Shown piece after piece: positions 24,401 through 35,912 of a stretch of 64,000 nucleotides of DNA. The number at the start of each line of letters is the position of its first letter. The stretch's first letter is position 1. Both the position numbers and the translations under genes were made by a program. The notes under the pieces are model-generated. The model was not told the origin of the DNA and ran no database searches. It saw only the letters and a list, made by a program, of their open reading frames with translations. Source of the DNA: Macrostomum lignano (lineage: Eukaryota); contig NIVC01000406.1 in NCBI GenBank assembly GCA_002269645.1, positions 159,494 to 223,493 on the forward strand, written 5' to 3'.

Positions 24401-27400
24401 TGCGGAGCGAATGGGGTTTTCCTACTAGACAAGGGTCTCGTTACAAACCCTATCTAACAAACCCGATATGCCCAATCCATTCCACAACAGCGAGTCCACA
24501 TCTTGAAGGCGCTAATTGATTGTCTGCTGTACCGCACCGATCAATTCGTACGCGAACTGGACGAACGCTGCCAGCCAGAAGAGTATCGAGAGATTCGCCT
24601 TGGCAGCGTAGGTCAGTGGGTTTATATCAGATTAGAAGGCCTGGACCTTGAGGCCAGGCACTGGGTCTACAGGCGCTCCGAATATCCTGTGATTGAGTAT
24701 TGTGTTCAACAGTCCGCTTCAAAAAATTCTAAGAAAAAGAAAGCGACCCCCACGCCGGAGAAGGCTGGCGCCGGCGCCGCTTCTGGTCGAAAACGAAAAG
24801 CTGCGTCGCCATCGCCGTGTCAGACGCCGACGCCCAAATCAACTTCATCGACGTCGAGGGGTCGTCGTCGAAGAACCGCCGCCGCGTCGCCACCATCCAC
24901 GCCGACGCCGACTCCTAGGTCGACTTCGACTTCAACTACTAGAAGCGGTCGAGGAGGTCGACGCTCTCGTCTTGCTGGTCGACGTAGAGCTGATGGCGAT
25001 ATCGAAGTCGAAGTCAAAGCCGAAGCTGACGCCCCGACCGACTCGAAGTCGTCAACGCCGCCGCCGCCGGTGCTGAAACGCGAGGAGGAGCATGAGGCGA
25101 TGGATACGACGGAGGCTTCGGAGGTCGACAAATCGGCAGCGACAGCGGCGCCTCAGCTGTCGCTGGCCAACGGCGAGACTAACGGCAAGGAGAAGCAGGG
25201 TGTGGAGGAAGAGAAGGTTGACGACAAAACTGACGAAAATAACGATTCGACGGCTAGCGCTAACGCTGACGCTTCGGCATCCACGTCGGCGTCTACGGCG
25301 CCAGCGGCGGACGAGGAGGCTGCGGCAACCGAGGCTCAAGCTGATGAAGATGACGATGAACGGGATGAAGAGAACGATAAAAAGCTGATTGAGGAGATGT
25401 ATAAAGTTAATATTGAGGTGTGTTGCTTTGTGTCTGTATTTTAGCTGGCTTAGTGTGTCTTAAAAGTCATGCTTACCGTGCTAACATGCCCCATACTCCC
25501 TTCCGTAACGCATTTGCAGCGTCCCAATGCCTCCGAGTTCGAGCTAGTAGCGCAGACTCTGTCCGAATTGCGCGCCCTCATCTCAGGGCTGCGCGCCGAC
25601 CTCGACGCATTGCAGCGCAGCAAAGACGAATTTGACGTGAAAATTAGTAAACGCGGCCGCAAATCGAAGTCAGTGTTGGCGGTAAGCATTAGAAAATTCT
25701 GTTGGATTGAAAATGCCTGAGTGGGATATTGAATAGGGAAATCCCAGAGTGGGATATTGAGAAGGGAAATCCCAGATGCGGGGTATCAATTAGGGAGTCT
25801 CAGAGAGGGTAAGTAGGGAAATCCCAGTGTGGGATATTGAGAAGGGAAATCCCAGATGCGGGGTATCAATTAGGGAGTCTCAGAGAGGGTAAGTAGGGAA
25901 ATCCCAGAGTGGATATTAAGTAGGGAAATCCCAGAGTGGATATTAAGTAGGGAAATCCCAGATTGGATATTAAGTAGGGAAATCCCAGATTGGATATTAA
26001 GTAGGGAAATTCCAGAGTGAGGTATATAAGTAGGGAAATCCCAGAGGGGGTATTAAGTAGGCAAATCCCAGCAAGGGGTATTAAGTAGGGGAATCTTAGA
26101 TGGGGTTTTAAGTAGAGAAATCCCAGAGGGAGTAAATTAAGTAGGTAAATCCCAGAGTGTATTATATAGGGAAATCCCAGAGTGTATTAAATAGGGAAAT
26201 CCCAGGGGGGCATTAAGTAAGGAAATCCCAGAGGAATTAACACGCAAATGCTTTTCCAACTTGCAGGTGGACAGCGATGCGCTGAACAGTCAGATCAGCT
26301 CGCACAGAGAGCTACTAGACGCATTTGTGGCCTTGGAGACTGACTGGGAGGCGGCCGCGCCCAAGATCAGCCATCGCGAGAGGCGAATGCGAGTTCGAGT
26401 AATGCACGAGTTTCGAGAGTTCGAACGGAATTCCGTAAGCTTTGTTAGAGTTTATCTACGTTCGAATTGGTTTCCTTATAGTGTCGGGTTTAATGCTTAA
26501 TAGGAGTGACATTGTTGTCGTTCAAACTGTTTAAGCCCTTAAATGGCACTTAAATGTTGAAAAATGGCACTTATTTGTGAAAAATGACACTTGAATGTAG
26601 AAAATGGTACTTCTATATGAAAGATGGCACTTGAATATGGAAAATGGCACTTGAATTTGAAAAATTACAATTGAATATGAAAAATGGTACTTAAATGGGA
26701 AAAATGGCACATGAATGTGTAAATGACACTTGAATGTGGAAATGGCACTTGAATGTAGAAATGGCACTTAAATGTGGAAAATGTGGAAAAATCACACTTG
26801 AATGTAGAAAATGGCATTTGAATGTGTAAAATGGCACTTGAATTATGGAAAATGGCATTTGAATGTGGAAATGGCATTTGAATGTGTAAAATGGCACTTG
26901 AATATGGAAAATGGCATTTGAATGTGTAAAATGGCACTTGAATATGGAAAATGGCATTTGAATGTGTAAAATGGCACTTGAATATGGAAAATGGCATTTG
27001 AATGTGTAAAATGGCACTTGAATATGGAAAAATGGCATTTGAATGTGTAAAATGGCACTTGAATATGGAAAATGGCATTTGAATGTGTAAAATGGCACTT
27101 GAATGTGGAAATGGCTCTTGAATGTGAAAATGGCACTTGAATGTGGTAATGGCACTTGAATGTGGTAATGGCACTTGAATGTGGAAATGGCACTTGAATG
27201 TGAAAATGGCACTTGAATGTGAAAATGGCACTTGAATGTGGTAATGGCACTTGAATGTGGTAATGGCACTTGAATGTGGTAATGGCACTTGAATGTGGTA
27301 ATGGCACTTGAATGTGGAAATGGCACTTAAATAGGAAAATGGCTCTTGAATGTGGAAATGGCACTTGAATGTGGAAATGGCACTTGAATGTGGAAATGGC

Positions 27401-30001
27401 ACTTGAATGTGGAAATGGCACTTGAATGTGGAAATGGCACTTGAATGTGGAAATGGCACTTGAATGTGGAAATGGCACTTGAATGTGAAAATGGCTCTTG
27501 AATGTAAAAAATGGCATTTAAATATCAAAGTAGCAAAAAATGGCAAAACTGGCACGAATGCAAAAATGACGCCAAGCACGCAAACCCGAACCCCCCAATC
27601 CGCCATCAGGACTATTACCTTCGCGGCGAACTAGCGGAAGAAGCCGCCATGGACAGTCCTACAGCTGACGAAGCAGCCGAGGACGCCGACTACGACGATG
27701 ACAATGACGACGAAATCGACAGCGGCAGCGACGAGCTAGACGAGGATGACAACAACGATGATGATGGAAGCGATCAACAATCAGTTGCTATGGACGATAG
27801 CAATGTTGGAATTTCTACTAGGCGCAGAAAGTATCGAATTCGGCAGGCACCGCCGCCACCTCCACCGCCGCAGCAGCAGCAGCAGCAGAGGCAGCAACAG
27901 TTGCGCAATGTTGGTCCTCGACCGCCACCCCAGCTGCCTCAGCTGCATTCGTTTGGCCAGCAGCAGCAGCAGCAGCACAAGTCTGCAACAATTGTTAGAT
28001 TGGTGAACACTTCCGACAGTGCCGGTAGCGCTGTTGCTAATGTACACATCAAGTACGAGTCTGCCGCTCGGCAGGTGAGTTAATAATTCAATTTGCGATG
28101 TGATCCGAATTTCAACGAAGACGTTGTCTAATTAGAAGTTCTAGAGACTAGATCAACTTAAACTAGAAACACATAATAAATTAGAAGCACATCATAAACT
28201 AAAAACACACTATAAAGTGAAAAACACACTATAAAATACTCGTAGCAACACATTATAAACTAAAAAACACACTATAAACTAAAAACACATTAAAAACTAG
28301 AAACACATCATAAACTAGAAGCACATAATAGACTAGAAGCACATCATAAAATAGAAGCACATAATAAACTAAAAGCACATCATAAAATAGAAGCACATAA
28401 TAAACTAAAAGCACATAATAAACTAAAAGCACATCATAAACTAAAAGCACATCATAAACTATAAACTTAAATTAGAAACACATCAAAAACTAGAAAAATA
28501 AACTAGAAACATCTTAAACCAGAAACACATCATAAACTAGAAACATCATAAAGTAGAAACACATCATAAAGTAGAAACACATCATAAACTAGAAACACAT
28601 CATAAACTAGAAACACATCATAAACTAGAAACACATCATAAACTAGAAACATCATAAAGTAGAAACACATCATAAAGTAGAAACACATCATAAACTAGAA
28701 ACACATCATAAACTAGAAACACATCATAAACTAGAAACACATCATAAACAAGAAACACATCATAAACAAGAAACACATCATAAACAAGAAACACATCATA
28801 AACTAGAAACACATCATAAACTAGAAACACATCATAAACTAGAAACACATCATAAACTAGAAACACATCATAAACTAGAAACACATCATAAACTAGAAAC
28901 ACATCATAAACTAGAAACACATCATAAAATAGAAACACATCATAAACTAGAAACACATTATAAACTAGAAACACATCATAAACAAGAAACACATCATAAA
29001 AAAGACAAATTTTAATCAGTTTTGCTCCCTTCGCTGCAATTTTTCAGGCCACCGCATCTTCGCTGCTGCAACAGCACCTAAACAACAATACTACTAACAA
29101 TAATTCTAGCGTCAATGCAAATAATAGTACTAATAATAGTAGTAATAGCTCCGCATCAGCAGCCAACAGCATCGCTGCTAATTCTGGCACCTTGCCAATA
29201 CTAAGCATCCGATTAACTACTCCTCCAGCGGCTTCGTCATCAGCATCATCAGCGGCATCATCGGCATTAGTTGTTGGCCAAGTAGTGAATGTTGTTGATA
29301 AGCCGGTCAGCAGTACCCAGCAACAGCAGCAGCAGCAGTCTAATAATCCTCCCCCAGCTACCCTGATTCGTTCGAATTTAACTCAAACCGTGGACTGCCT
29401 TCGAGGCCCGATCCCGACTACCCGACTGCAGCAGACTCCAGCTAGTGCTCAGTCGAGCCGTTCTCAGCCTCAGCTATTTGTGCTCAGCAATCCAGGCGGT
29501 CAGCTGGTTGCTGTGCAGCAGTCTCTAGCGCCGCAGGCGCATCAGACGGTGCTGTCATCGGCTGCTAGCAGTAGTCACAGCAGTAGCGTCGGCATAGTGA
29601 AGCCTGCCAATGTTGTACTGCTTGCCGCCTCTGCTGCAACAGCTCCCGCAGCTTCCGGCGGAACCCAGACTGTACTGCGTCTGGCGCAACAGCATCAGCC
29701 GAACTCCACTGTGTTTGCGAGTTCCGCTGCTGCTCAGCCTACTATCTTGCTGCAGTCGCAGGCTACTCCTCAGCAGCAGCAGCAGCAGGCAGTCAGAAGA
29801 AATGTCACCCTCTACAAAGTTGGCGGCATATTGTTCACTCCCGACTGTCGGCCTGTTGTAGTTGAAAATCAAACAATGCGCTACCTGCCTACAGAGAATA
29901 TTGATGCTAAATTGATGAACGCTGCGAAACAGGTCATCACTGAGGCGTTGAAATCTCAACAACAGCAACAACAGCAGGCTACTGTGGTTGGCTATCGTTA
30001 G
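21434..30001 (+). CDS. BRD10: KIAA2026/BRD10-like bromodomain protein, ~1345 aa, 9 exons
   Basis: Exons 21434-21641, 21958-22126, 22706-23258, 23420-23851, 24491-25417, 25520-25681, 26267-26434, 27610-28074, 29048-30001; all phases join. N-terminal bromodomain ELQSAYRIL.DFL...FINPVD...YY.RIKEPMCLLKMKEKF...Y....DF..DFRLML.NC..FN...K.ETLFEQKI.LL.R. The downstream NPLE...FHEL..FQRV.ILKAL.D region is as recalled for KIAA2026. Long low-complexity C-terminus. An extra 5' exon cannot be excluded. Confidence 0.82.
21697..21880. repeat. 18-bp minisatellite in BRD10-like intron 1
   Basis: Unit GACTGTCAGTGACAATTT, ~10 copies. Confidence 0.95.
22150..22410. mobile_element. Diverged copy of the hAT MITE family at 268-540; left TIR lost
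   Basis: Shares AAGGGCCAGA...CTAG.GCATGACTG, the GA-rich core, GGGCCGGAT and the terminal TGCCGACCCCTG (22410). Confidence 0.75.
23895..24335. repeat. 40-bp minisatellite in BRD10-like intron 4
   Basis: Unit GATAGTGCTGGGCGGAGTGGGGTGGCTGTTTTATTTTATT; period seen at 23915/23955. Confidence 0.95.
25720..26240. repeat. ~27-bp degenerate minisatellite in BRD10-like intron 6
   Basis: Core GGGAAATCCCAGAGTGGATATTAAGTA. Confidence 0.9.
26535..27520. repeat. 19-bp minisatellite in BRD10-like intron 7
   Basis: Unit CACTTGAATGTGGAAATGG and variants. Confidence 0.95.
28155..29000. repeat. 18-bp minisatellite in BRD10-like intron 8
   Basis: Unit CATAAACTAGAAACACAT. Confidence 0.95.
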
Positions 30002-31064
30002 AAAGATCTACTACACACTCTGTTGAAATTGGCCACCGATTTTCAGTGCGTCATTACTACAAGTAGCGTAGGCAAAAAACATGGCTTGCATTTTATTGTT
30101 GTATTCGTGGCCTGCTGGTAGTAAGTCTTGTAATCATTTTTGAAAGGTGTAATAATAAAATTGGACTCTTATTGGCTTGACTACTTGTAGTAGTTATACA
30201 CCTTGTTTAGTTTAATTTAAGTAAGTCTATCATTGGTATATCTAAACCTATTTCTTTAGAAAATAACTTCTTTTATGAGATAGTGAAAATGTGCATCTCT
30301 ATCTTAATGTTATTGATAGTATGCAACACTATAATGTTAATAAAATATTGGATTGACTTAAAATTGCATTTTCAAAGTTTTGACTTGCAAAATCATATTT
30401 TTCCTTTGTCAATAAATCTTTGTAAGTTTTTTTAGTAAGTTTGTAAGCTAAAATTTGCTTTTACCTACTACTGCAAATAAGTAGTATAAACAGTTTTACT
30501 AAAAGAATTTCATAAAAAGCTGAAATCTCTCCTCTGTATGAGAGTACTTGTGCCGATGGCAATTCCATTTCGCTCACTGCCTGCTTACACTTTGCACTCT
30601 ATGCTAAATCAATGTCTGTGCATGCTTTCAAATATAATTAATATTATTATTGTCCAATTCTGTAGTCAGCACTGATTCAACTAAACTTCAACTAAATACT
30701 ACATATTTCGGCTGTCACTTCACTTACGGTACTACTTGTAATATGATTTGTGAATATGTTATTAATGTTTTCATTGCAATGTTATAGTATATCCCGGATC
30801 CACCTGTTAGTTCCCTGTTAGTTAAAACTTTCAACATTAATGTCTATGCGCCCTCTTTAATTAATTATTAATATGTACTCTTCATAATCTATGTCCCAAC
30901 CCGCCCTGTTCCGTATGCGATATTTATTTATTAAAATGCTACTGATATTTACTTCTAATAATTTTTATTGTACTGATAAATTAAACGTGAGTTGCAGTTG
31001 TGTTTCATGCTTAAGTCAATTTTTGTTTATTTTATATGATATTATTAACAGGTAGTTCTTACTG

Positions 31065-31420
31065 GCCTAGCAACCATTAACTTGGATAGATGCACTCCAA
31101 AACAGCTTAGCAACCAGCTAGCAACCAGCCAACTTGGTAGATTCAGTAAAAACACAGCTTAGCAACCGGCTAGCAACCAGTCAACTTGGTAGATTGAATG
31201 AAAACACAGCTTAGCAACCGGCTAGCAACCAGTCAACTTGGTAGATTGAATGAAAACACAGCTTAGCAACCGGCTAGCAACCAGTCAACTTGGTAGATTG
31301 GATGAAAACACAGCTTAGCAACCGTGCTACCTGTCAACTTGGTAGATTGAATGAAAACACAGCTTAGCAACCGGCTAGCAACCTGTCAACTTGGTAGTCT
31401 CTATCGAAAACGCAGCTTAG
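31065..31420. repeat. 52-bp minisatellite just upstream of NUBP1
   Basis: Unit AAAACACAGCTTAGCAACCGGCTAGCAACCAGTCAACTTGGTAGATTGAATG; period seen at 31150/31202/31254. Confidence 0.9.
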
Positions 31421-31481
31421 CATGTGGCTTAACAACTAATTCCCGCTGCGAATCGTTGCACAATAAAGCAAAATAAAAATT

Positions 31482-32961
31482 ATGTCTGACAATCTGACTT
31501 CCGCCGATCGTCCTGAAAACGCTCCCGCCCATTGTCCGGGTGTGAGTAGCGAGTCGGCCGGCAAAGCCGCCCCGTGCGCTGGCTGTCCGAACCAGGGCCT
31601 GTGCAGCAGCGGGGCTGGCCGGGCCGGACCCGACCCCGATCTGGACAGAATTCGCGATCGCCTGGCTGGAGTTCGGCGAAAACTGCTTGTGCTGTCTGGC
31701 AAAGGCGGCGTTGGCAAGTCCACTGTTAGCGTCTGCCTGGCCCGCGCCTTTGCTGCCGCTGCCGCTGATGACGGCCAGGTGGAGACACCGGTGCATCAGC
31801 AGCCTCAGTTGCAGGTGGAGTTGCTTTTTTTCAGAAATTTGTCTGCCCAGCATTCTCGTCCGCCCTTCCTATCCTCGTCTGCCCCTTCCATCCTTATCCG
31901 CCGTTCTATCCTCATCCGCCCCCTTCCTATCTTCATCCGCCCTTTTCCTATCCTCGTCCGCCCCCTTTCTATCCTCATCCGCCCCCTTCCTATCCTCATC
32001 CGCCTATTTCTTATCCTCGTCCGCCCCCTTTCCATCCTCATCCACCCCTTCCTATCCTCATCCGCCCCATTCACAACCTCAACCTCATCCGCTCCCATTC
32101 ACAACCTCAACCTCATCCGCTCCCATTCACACAACCTCAACCCCATCCGCCCCCATTCACAACCTCAACCCCATCCGCCCCATTCACAACCTCAACCTCA
32201 ACCTCATCCGCCCCCATTCACACCTCAACCTCATCCGCCCCCATATACAACCTCAACCTCATCCGCCCCCTAAACCCGCGCATCCGCAGGTGGGCCTCCT
32301 TGACGTGGACATCTGCGGGCCGTCGGTGCCCACCATGCTGGGCCTGCTGGGCGAAACTGTCCACCAGAGCGCCGACGGCTGGTCGCCCGTCTACGCCGAC
32401 GAGTCCCTCGCCGTCATGTCCGTCGCTTTTCTATTGGCCTCGCCAGACGAAGCGGTGGTTTGGCGGGGGCCCCGTAAAAACGGATTAATTAAACAGTTTC
32501 TACGCGATGTAGATTGGGGCCAGCTGGACTACCTGTTGATTGACACGCCACCTGGCACCAGCGATGAGCACCTGTCAATTGTTCAGCTGCTCAAGTCTGC
32601 CGGAGTAGACGGAGCAATTATTGTCACCACGCCGCAGGAGGTGTCCCTTCTAGATGCTCGCAAGGAGGTGAATTTCTGCCGCCGGCTAGGCGTGCCCGTT
32701 CTAGGCGTCGTTGAAAACATGTCCGGTTATGTGTGTCCGAATTGTACACGAAAGTCGGACATTTTTCCGGCCACCACCGGAGGAGCTGCGGCTATGTGCA
32801 AAGAGTTCGGACTGCCGCTATTGGCCAGGGTGCCTATTGAGCCGGGGCTGGCGCGGGCCCTGGATCAGGGTCAATGTCCGATTGACACCATGCCTGACGG
32901 TAGCGAGACCATGACCGCTATGCGGCTCTTGGTTGACCAGCTGAGGACTGCTCTTCCTTGA
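31482..32961 (+). CDS. NUBP1: Cytosolic Fe-S cluster assembly factor NUBP1 (Nbp35), ~322 aa, 2 exons
   Basis: N-terminal Fe-S motif [22 protein letters not shown]; deviant Walker [12 protein letters not shown]; [12 protein letters not shown]; [14 protein letters not shown]; [10 protein letters not shown]; [13 protein letters not shown]; [11 protein letters not shown]. Exons 31482-31778 (alternative donor after 31814) and 32290-32961. Confidence 0.95.
31860..32275. repeat. C-rich degenerate minisatellite in the NUBP1 intron
   Basis: CCTATCCTCATCCGCCCC grading into CACAACCTCAACCTCATCCGCCCC. Confidence 0.85.
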
Positions 32962-33029
32962 TGAGGCCTCACTTGATTTGTATGCTCTGCTGCATTCTGG
33001 CCTGACCACGTTTGCTCTGATATGACTAT

Positions 33030-33680
33030 ATTCATCCGTCTCCATCCGCCCCCTTATCCGTCCCCTCTCCGCCTCCATCCTTCCCTTATCCGCCTCCATC
33101 CGCCCCCCTTATCCGTCCCTTATCCGCCTCCATCTGCCCCCTTATCGGCTTCCATCCGTTCCTTATCCGCCTCCATCCGTCTCCATCCGCCCCCTTATCC
33201 GCCTCCACCCGTCTCCATCCGCCCCCTTATCCGCCTCCATCCGCCTCCATCCTTCCCTTATCCGCCTCTATCCCCCCAATTATCCGCCTCTATCCGCCCC
33301 CCTATCCGTCCCTTATCCGCCTCCATCTGCCTCCATCCGCCCTCTTATCGGCCTCCATCCGTTCCTTATCCGCCTCCATCCGCCCTCTTATCGGCCAACA
33401 TCCGTCTCCATCCGCCCCCTTATCCGCCTCCATCCGTCTCCATCCGCCCCCTTATCCGCCTCCATCCGTCTCCATCTGCCCCCTTATCCGCCTCCATCCG
33501 CCCCCTTATCCGCCTCCATCCGTCTCCATCTGCCCCCTTATCCGCCTCCATCCGCCCCCTTTTCCGCCTCCATCCGCCTCCATCCGCCCCCTTATCGGCC
33601 TTTATCCGCCTCCTTATCTGCTATCCATCCTTCCCTTCTCTACTCTTATCTGCGCTTCTATCCGCTCATTTTTTCATAAG
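33030..33680. repeat. C-rich minisatellite downstream of NUBP1, related to the intronic one
   Basis: CCGCCTCCATCCGCCCCCTTAT units. Confidence 0.85.
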
Positions 33681-34159
33681 CTCCGCCTCTATCAGCCTCT
33701 TGTTGCACGGAATGTAACTCGCCCTTCTCCCTCGCTACAGCAGACTTCTGGTCTGTGTTTTATTTGTACTCATGATTTCTCAATACCAATTATGATGCTT
33801 AATCTTCTTAACTACGTTTAAGTGCCATGTCTTCATGTGTCATCGAACTGATAAAGTTAGTGGTTAATCATATGCGTCATCTGCAATACAATAATATTAC
33901 TCCAATTATTCGGCCAATATTCATTAAGATCTGCAATTAATGCTCTGAATTTGTACAAAAACTGTTGATTGTACTTTCTAAATTCTAATGCTCTGAAGAA
34001 TGTTTGTAGTAGAGCGGTTATCTTCGGGCTTGATTGATTTATAATGAATAATATCTTTTGGTTTTTGAATTTCTTTGCCAGGCTTCGTCTTTTCTTTGTT
34101 ATAGTCATTTTGCTGCCGCATTAGGTTTACTGCAATATATTCGACACTAACCTATTCTT

Positions 34160-35705
34160 CTCTAATCCACTCTACTCTCTCCCTCCCTATTCTACACTCT
34201 GCTCTCTCTAGTCTACACTCTGCTCTCTAGTCTACACTCTACTCTCTCCATTCTATACTATACTCTCCCTATTCTACGCTCTGCTCTCTCTAGTCTACGC
34301 TTGCTCTCTCCAGTCTACACTCTGCTCTCCCTATTCTACACTCTGCTCTCCCTATTCTACACTCTGCTCTCTCTAGTCTAAACTCTGCTCTCTAGTCTAC
34401 ACTCTACTCTCTCCATTCTATACTATACTCTCCCTATTCTACGCTCTGCTCTCTCTAGTCTACGCTTGCTCTCTCCAGTCTACACTCTGCTCTCCCTATT
34501 CTACACTCTGCTCTCCCTATTCTACACTCTGCTCTCCCTATTCTACACTCTGCTCTCTCTAGTCTACACTCTACTCTCTCCATTCTACACTCTGCTCTCC
34601 CTATTCTACACTCTGCTCTCTCTAGTCTACACTCTACTCTCCCTATTCTACACTCTGCTCTCCCTGTTCTACACTCTGCTCTCCCTATTCTACACTCTGC
34701 TCTCCCTATTCTGCACTCTGCTCTCTCTAGTCTACACTCTACTCTCCCTAGTCTACACTCTGCTCTCCCTATTCTGCACTCTGCTCTCTCTAGTCTACAC
34801 TCTACTCTCCCTATTCTACACTCTGCTCTCCCTGTTCTACACTCTGCTCTCCCTATTCTACACTCTGCTCTCTCTAGTCTACACTCTACTCTCTCCATTC
34901 TACACCCTCCTCTCCCTATTCTACACTCTGCTCTCCCTGTTCTACACTCTGCTCTCTCTAGTCTACACTCTGCTCTCTAGTCTACTCTCTACTCTCTCCA
35001 TTCTACACTATGCTCTCCCTATTCTACACTGCTCTCCCTGTTCTACACTCTGCTCTCCCTATTCTACACTCTGCTCTCCCTATTCTACACTCTGCTCTCC
35101 CTATTCTACACTCTGCTCTCCCTATTCTACACTCTGCTCTCTCTAGTCTACACTCTGCTCTCCCTATTCTACACTCTGCTCTCCCTATTCTACACTCTGC
35201 TCTCTCTAGTCTACACTCTGCTCTCCCTATTCTACACTCTGCTCTCCCTATTCTACACTCTGCTCTCTCTAGTCTACACTCTGCTCTCCCTATTCTACAC
35301 TCTGCTCTCTCTAGTCTACACTCTGCTCTCCCTATTCTACACTCTGCTCTCCCTATTCTACACTCTGCTCTCCCTATTCTACACTCTGCTCTCTCTATTC
35401 TACACTCTGCTCTCCCTATTCTACACTCTGCTCTCCCTATTCTACACTCTGCTCTCCCTATTCTACACTCTGCTCTCCCTATTCTACACTCTGCTCTCTC
35501 TAGTCTACACTCTGCTCTCCCTATTCTACACTCTGCTCTCTCTAGTCTACACTCTGCTCTCCCTATTCTACACTCTGCTCTCCCTATTCTACACTCTGCT
35601 CTCCCTATTCTACACTCTGCTCTCTCTATTCTACACTCTGCTCTCCCTATTCTACACTCTGCTCTCCCTATTCTACACTCTGCTCTCTCTAGTCTACACT
35701 CTGCT
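34160..35705. repeat. 21-bp minisatellite, ~1.5 kb, upstream of SFMBT
   Basis: Units CTATTCTACACTCTGCTCTCC / CTAGTCTACACTCTGCTCTCT. Confidence 0.95.
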
Positions 35706-35912
35706 GTCTTTCTCCTCTACTCTCTACTCTCATCTACTCTAACTCTTTCGACTCCTCTCAGCTCTCTACTTACATTCTGCTCTTTTAAGTCTACTATCTC
35801 TCTCCAACTGTTCACCCAACTTCATAACCTGTTACTGAACTTCTTGCAAACTCACGACTCCTGCTCTAATTCTTTTTCCTCTTTAACTGCATCGACCCTC
35901 CGCCCTCTGCAG

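Noticed and set aside
25720-26240. Cluster of GGGAAATCCC NF-kB-like sites (and GGGAATCCC in the 42-bp array)
   Set aside because: Multiplicity is explained by tandem amplification of one unit. Nothing in the sequence supports a regulatory role, and NF-kB presence in this organism is unknown.
26531-27606. Long ORFs in repeat arrays (also 15939-16565, 28636-28992, 33022-33717, 34455-35700, 36602-37272, 38144-38682, 41077-42207, 42857-43582, 44353-45267, 48458-49103, 52611-53200, 57266-57916, 62042-62877)
   Set aside because: They are translations of tandem repeats lacking stops in some frames. They lie in introns or spacers and show no domain content.
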